From Pseudomaricurvus alkylphenolicus (GTDB lineage: Bacteria > Pseudomonadota > Gammaproteobacteria > Pseudomonadales > Cellvibrionaceae): a DNA stretch of 64,000 nt. The stretch lies in contig NZ_JAAQPI010000002.1 of assembly GCF_011683955.1 (NCBI RefSeq), positions 74,157 to 138,156 of the forward strand. Reading direction: 5' to 3'. Below the pieces are notes generated by a model that made no database searches, had not been told where the DNA came from, and worked only from the letters and a program-made list of their open reading frames with translations. The translations under genes and the position numbers were made by a program. Below, piece after piece: positions 60,776-64,000 of the stretch. Positions within the stretch are counted from its first letter, which is position 1. Every line of letters begins with the position of its first letter.

Positions 60776-61672
60776 ATGAGCCAGGGCATCAAACACTATC
60801 TGGTACGCTCTCAGGAGCGCGTCAATCGAGCGCTTGACGACTTACTCCCCCCCACGCAAAAAGCCGAACGACGGCTGGTTGATGCCATGCGCTACAGCCT
60901 GCTTGACGGAGGCAAACGCGTGCGTCCAACCCTGGTGTTTGCCGCCGCGGATGCGCTTGGCAGCCAGGTTGATGAAACAATCATTGAACGGGTGGCTTGC
61001 TCGGTAGAGTGCATTCACGCCTACAGCCTTATTCATGATGACCTGCCCGCCATGGACGACGACGACCTGCGTCGGGGCAAACCCACCTGCCATATCGCCT
61101 ATGACGAGGCCTCGGCCATCCTGGCGGGAGATGGACTGCAGGCGCTGGCCTTTGAAACTCTGGCGACTTTGCCGGGTCTCCAGGCCCATACCCAGGTACG
61201 GCTGCTGCAGTTACTGGCGGAAGCCTCCGGCCACCGCGGCATGGTTGCCGGACAGGCGATCGACCTGGGCGCTGTGGATACACAGTTGGATCTGGCGCAA
61301 TTGCAGCACATGCACCGCCTCAAGACCGGCGCCCTGATTCGCGCCAGCGTCTTGATGGGCGCCGCTGCGACCGAAAGCGTCAGCGAGCAGCAGCTGGCGG
61401 CCCTCAGTGACTATGCCGCCGCTATTGGCCTGGCCTTCCAGGTGCAGGACGATATTCTGGATGTGACCGTAGACACCGAAACGCTGGGCAAACCCCAGGG
61501 CGCCGATGCCGCCTTAAACAAGCCCACTTATGTTTCCCTGCTGGGGCTGGAAGGCGCCACCACCAAAGCCCGCGAGCTGCACCAGCAGGCCCTGACAGCA
61601 CTGGAATCCTTTGATTCCAACGCCGATACCTTAAGGCAATTGTCCGCTTATATTATCGAACGAGGCCATTAG
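60776..61672 (+). CDS. ispA: (2E,6E)-farnesyl diphosphate synthase
   Basis: FARM motif LIHDDLPAMDDDDLRRGKPT. Second motif VQDDILD. Confidence 0.9.
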   Translation: MSQGIKHYLVRSQERVNRALDDLLPPTQKAERRLVDAMRYSLLDGGKRVRPTLVFAAADALGSQVDETIIERVACSVECIHAYSLIHDDLPAMDDDDLRRGKPTCHIAYDEASAILAGDGLQALAFETLATLPGLQAHTQVRLLQLLAEASGHRGMVAGQAIDLGAVDTQLDLAQLQHMHRLKTGALIRASVLMGAAATESVSEQQLAALSDYAAAIGLAFQVQDDILDVTVDTETLGKPQGADAALNKPTYVSLLGLEGATTKARELHQQALTALESFDSNADTLRQLSAYIIERGH

Positions 61673-61730
61673 CCCTATGCAAGGCCTCTGCATCCCCCTA
61701 AAATTGCCCTTTTGGCCGTAGCCCGCGTAC

Positions 61731-63665
61731 ATGTTTGAAGAAATACCTCTAAGCCGCCCCGTCACCCCCCTGCTCGATCAGGTGGTGACGCCTGCCGACT
61801 TGCGCCAGCTGGAAGAAGAACAGCTGCCGCAGCTGGCAAAAGAGCTGCGGGAATTTATGCTCTACAGCGTTGGGCAGACCGGCGGTCACTTTGGCGCGGG
61901 GCTGGGGGTGGTGGAGCTCACCATCGCCCTCCACTATTGCTACAACACACCGGATGACAAGCTGGTATGGGATGTGGGCCACCAGACCTACCCCCATAAG
62001 ATCCTGACCGGTCGCCGCGAGCAAATGCTGACCATGCGCCAGGCCGGTGGGTTGTCGGGCTTCCCCAAGCGCAGTGAAAGCGAGTTCGACACCTTTGGCG
62101 TCGGTCATTCCAGCACCTCCATCAGCGCGGCCCTGGGTATGGCGCTGGCGGCTGAAATGGACGAGCGGGACAGCAAAACCGTTGCCGTGATTGGCGATGG
62201 CGCCATGACCGCTGGCATGGCCTTCGAGGCACTCAACCACGGCGCCCATACCGGCACCGATATGCTGGTTGTGCTGAACGACAACAATATGTCCATCTCC
62301 CGCAATGTGGGCGGGCTGTCTGACTACTTCTCCAAAATCTGGGCAAGTAAGTTCTACACCAACCTGCGCGAAGGCGGCAAAAAAGTGCTTGCCAACATGC
62401 CCCAGGCCTGGGAGCTGGCGCGCAAGACTGAAGAACACATGAAAGGCATGGTGTCACCGGGCACCCTGTTTGAGGAGTTGGGTTTCTACTATATCGGCCC
62501 CATTGACGGGCACGATCTGGAGCGCCTCACTCATGACCTGCGCAACCTGCGCAGCCTGCCCGGCCCCAAGCTGTTACACATCATTACCCAGAAGGGTAAG
62601 GGCTTTGCTCCGGCTGAAGAAGATCCTGTGGGCTATCACGCTCTCAATAAGATCGAACCTAAGCCAAAAGCTCCGATGGTGGTGGAGCAGGATCAAACCC
62701 CCAGCAAGAAACAGAAGTATCAGGCCGTATTTGGCGATTGGCTGTGTGCCATGGCCGCCACTGACAGCCGTTTGATCGGTATTACCCCGGCCATGTGTGA
62801 AGGTTCGGGCATGGTGGAATTTGCGCGCCGCTTTGAATCCCGCTTTCACGATGTTGCCATTGCTGAGCAACACGCGGTGACTTTAGCCGCCGGTCTCGCC
62901 TGTGAAGGTAAAAAGCCGGTCGTTGCCATTTATTCCACCTTTTTGCAGCGCGCCTACGATCAACTGATTCACGATGTTGCCATCCAGAACCTGGATGTCA
63001 CCTTTGCTATCGACCGCGCCGGGCTGGTCGGTGAAGACGGCCCCACCCATGCCGGCTCTTTTGACCTGAGTTATCTGCGCTGTGTACCCGATATGGTGAT
63101 CGCCGCACCCAGTGACGAAAACGAGTGCTGCCGACTGCTGAGCACGGCCTACCTGCACTGCGGCCCTGCAGCCGTTCGCTATCCACGCGGCAAAGGCCCG
63201 GGCGCGGAAATCCAGCAACCGTTGCAACCGGTTCCCCTGGGCAAGGGGGTTCAACTGCAGAAGGGCCACAGCATCAACAACGGTCGCCGGGTCGCCATTT
63301 TGAGCTTCGGCACATTGCTGCCCGCCGCCAGGGAAGCGGCCGCTCGGCTCAATGCCAGCCTCTGTGACATGCGTTTTGTGAAACCTCTGGATACAGAATT
63401 GATTGAATCCATGGCAGAGTGCCACGACCTGTTAGTGACCGTTGAGGAAAATACCATTGCCGGTGGCGCCGGCAGTGCCGTATTGGAATGGCTCGCGCAC
63501 CAGGGTATTCGAGTCCCGGTATTACCACTGGGTCTGCCCGACCACTATATCGAACATGGCAATCATTCCGAACTACTCAGCCAGGCTGGTTTGAACGCCG
63601 ACGGCATCTGCGAGCGCATTGAACGACTGCTACCGCCAGAAGCCAGCGCCAATACCGCCAGCTAG
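61731..63665 (+). CDS. dxs: 1-deoxy-D-xylulose-5-phosphate synthase
   Basis: [36 protein letters not shown] (ThDP motif), transketolase-like C-terminus. 644 aa. Confidence 0.95.
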   Translation: MFEEIPLSRPVTPLLDQVVTPADLRQLEEEQLPQLAKELREFMLYSVGQTGGHFGAGLGVVELTIALHYCYNTPDDKLVWDVGHQTYPHKILTGRREQMLTMRQAGGLSGFPKRSESEFDTFGVGHSSTSISAALGMALAAEMDERDSKTVAVIGDGAMTAGMAFEALNHGAHTGTDMLVVLNDNNMSISRNVGGLSDYFSKIWASKFYTNLREGGKKVLANMPQAWELARKTEEHMKGMVSPGTLFEELGFYYIGPIDGHDLERLTHDLRNLRSLPGPKLLHIITQKGKGFAPAEEDPVGYHALNKIEPKPKAPMVVEQDQTPSKKQKYQAVFGDWLCAMAATDSRLIGITPAMCEGSGMVEFARRFESRFHDVAIAEQHAVTLAAGLACEGKKPVVAIYSTFLQRAYDQLIHDVAIQNLDVTFAIDRAGLVGEDGPTHAGSFDLSYLRCVPDMVIAAPSDENECCRLLSTAYLHCGPAAVRYPRGKGPGAEIQQPLQPVPLGKGVQLQKGHSINNGRRVAILSFGTLLPAAREAAARLNASLCDMRFVKPLDTELIESMAECHDLLVTVEENTIAGGAGSAVLEWLAHQGIRVPVLPLGLPDHYIEHGNHSELLSQAGLNADGICERIERLLPPEASANTAS

Positions 63666-63693
63666 GCCGTACCCCCATTTTGCAGACACCCAA

Positions 63694-64000
63694 AGGTTGA
63701 CCGATGCCCTGGTTACAGCTTCGTATTCATACTGATCGAGACCAGGCTGCCGGCCTGGAAGACGCGCTGCTGGAATCCGGCGCGGTTTCTGTGACGCTGC
63801 AGGACAATGCCGACCAACCCATTTTAGAGCCTGCCCTGGGCGAAACCCCGCTCTGGGACAAGACGTTGCTGACCGGTCTGTTCGATGCTGACATCGAGAC
63901 GGAATCCAAGACCGCACAGATTGCCGCCTCCTACCGCAAGCCTATGCCTCAGCATCGCTGGGAACTGCTGGAGGATAAAGACTGGGAACGGGAGTGGATG
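63694..64000 (+). CDS. prmA: Ribosomal protein L11 methyltransferase, 5' part (runs off the window end)
   Basis: MPWLQLRIHTDRDQAAGLEDALLESGAVSVTLQDNADQPILEPALGETPLWDKTLLTGLFDAD...LEDKDWEREWM matches the conserved PrmA N-terminus. Confidence 0.75.

Overview
This 64-kb window looks like a chromosomal segment from a Gram-negative, gammaproteobacterium-like genome with moderately high GC. The conserved gene content supporting that is xseB-ispA-dxs-prmA, motAB, ppdK and an ftsH paralog. No rRNA gene, intact tRNA gene, CRISPR array, transposase or integrase was found.

The first 13.4 kb reads as a defense island:
- a WYL-domain (BrxR/CapW-like) regulator;
- a complete type I restriction-modification system in the order hsdM-hsdS-[PD-(D/E)xK nuclease-like gene]-[Abi_2 abortive-infection gene]-hsdR, the first four genes joined by overlapping start and stop codons;
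- a lower-GC convergent pair of unannotatable genes;
- a hipBA toxin-antitoxin module preceded by perfect inverted-repeat operators.

The remainder is mostly core or accessory metabolism and signalling:
- 13.7-24 kb: MscS channel, nitronate monooxygenase-like gene, ppdK, a GGDEF cyclase, a HAD hydrolase and two tandem ABC1/UbiB-like kinases.
- 24-35 kb: a striking minus-strand membrane cluster. It runs yjfI-like (with a ribbon-helix-helix-like N-terminus), PspA/IM30, NfeD/YqiJ-like, flotillin/YqiK-like, a 1765-aa AAA+ protein of unknown function, a zinc-ribbon protein and DUF808.
- 35-46 kb: an FtsH paralog, a beta-CASP metallo-beta-lactamase-fold hydrolase, a Na/Pi cotransporter, a ParA orphan, a CinA-like protein and a PAS-GGDEF-EAL sensor.
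- 46-48 kb: two tandem paralogous periplasmic binding-like proteins.
- 48-54 kb: an unusual cluster of two overlapping citrate-synthase-like genes lacking the canonical catalytic His motif, a ThDP (thiamine diphosphate) enzyme and a divergent TonB-dependent receptor.
- 54-57 kb: cytochrome c, a secreted hypothetical protein, TetR and an HNH endonuclease.
- 57-64 kb: a motA-motB-PilZ operon and xseB-ispA-dxs-prmA.

The strongest non-coding signal is a ~640-bp gap at 57.0-57.9 kb. Its minus strand carries about 27 GGA motifs and is preceded by a TGTGAG-N6-CTCACA palindrome, a GacA/UvrY-box variant. That is the signature of a CsrB/RsmZ-family Csr/Rsm-sequestering sRNA, which no ORF explains.

The candidate novel systems are the convergent unknown gene pair at 9.7-11.2 kb, the PD-(D/E)xK + Abi_2 insert inside the type I system, and the giant AAA+ / flotillin / PspA supercluster. 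Coordinates I derived by hand may be off by 1-2 nt.
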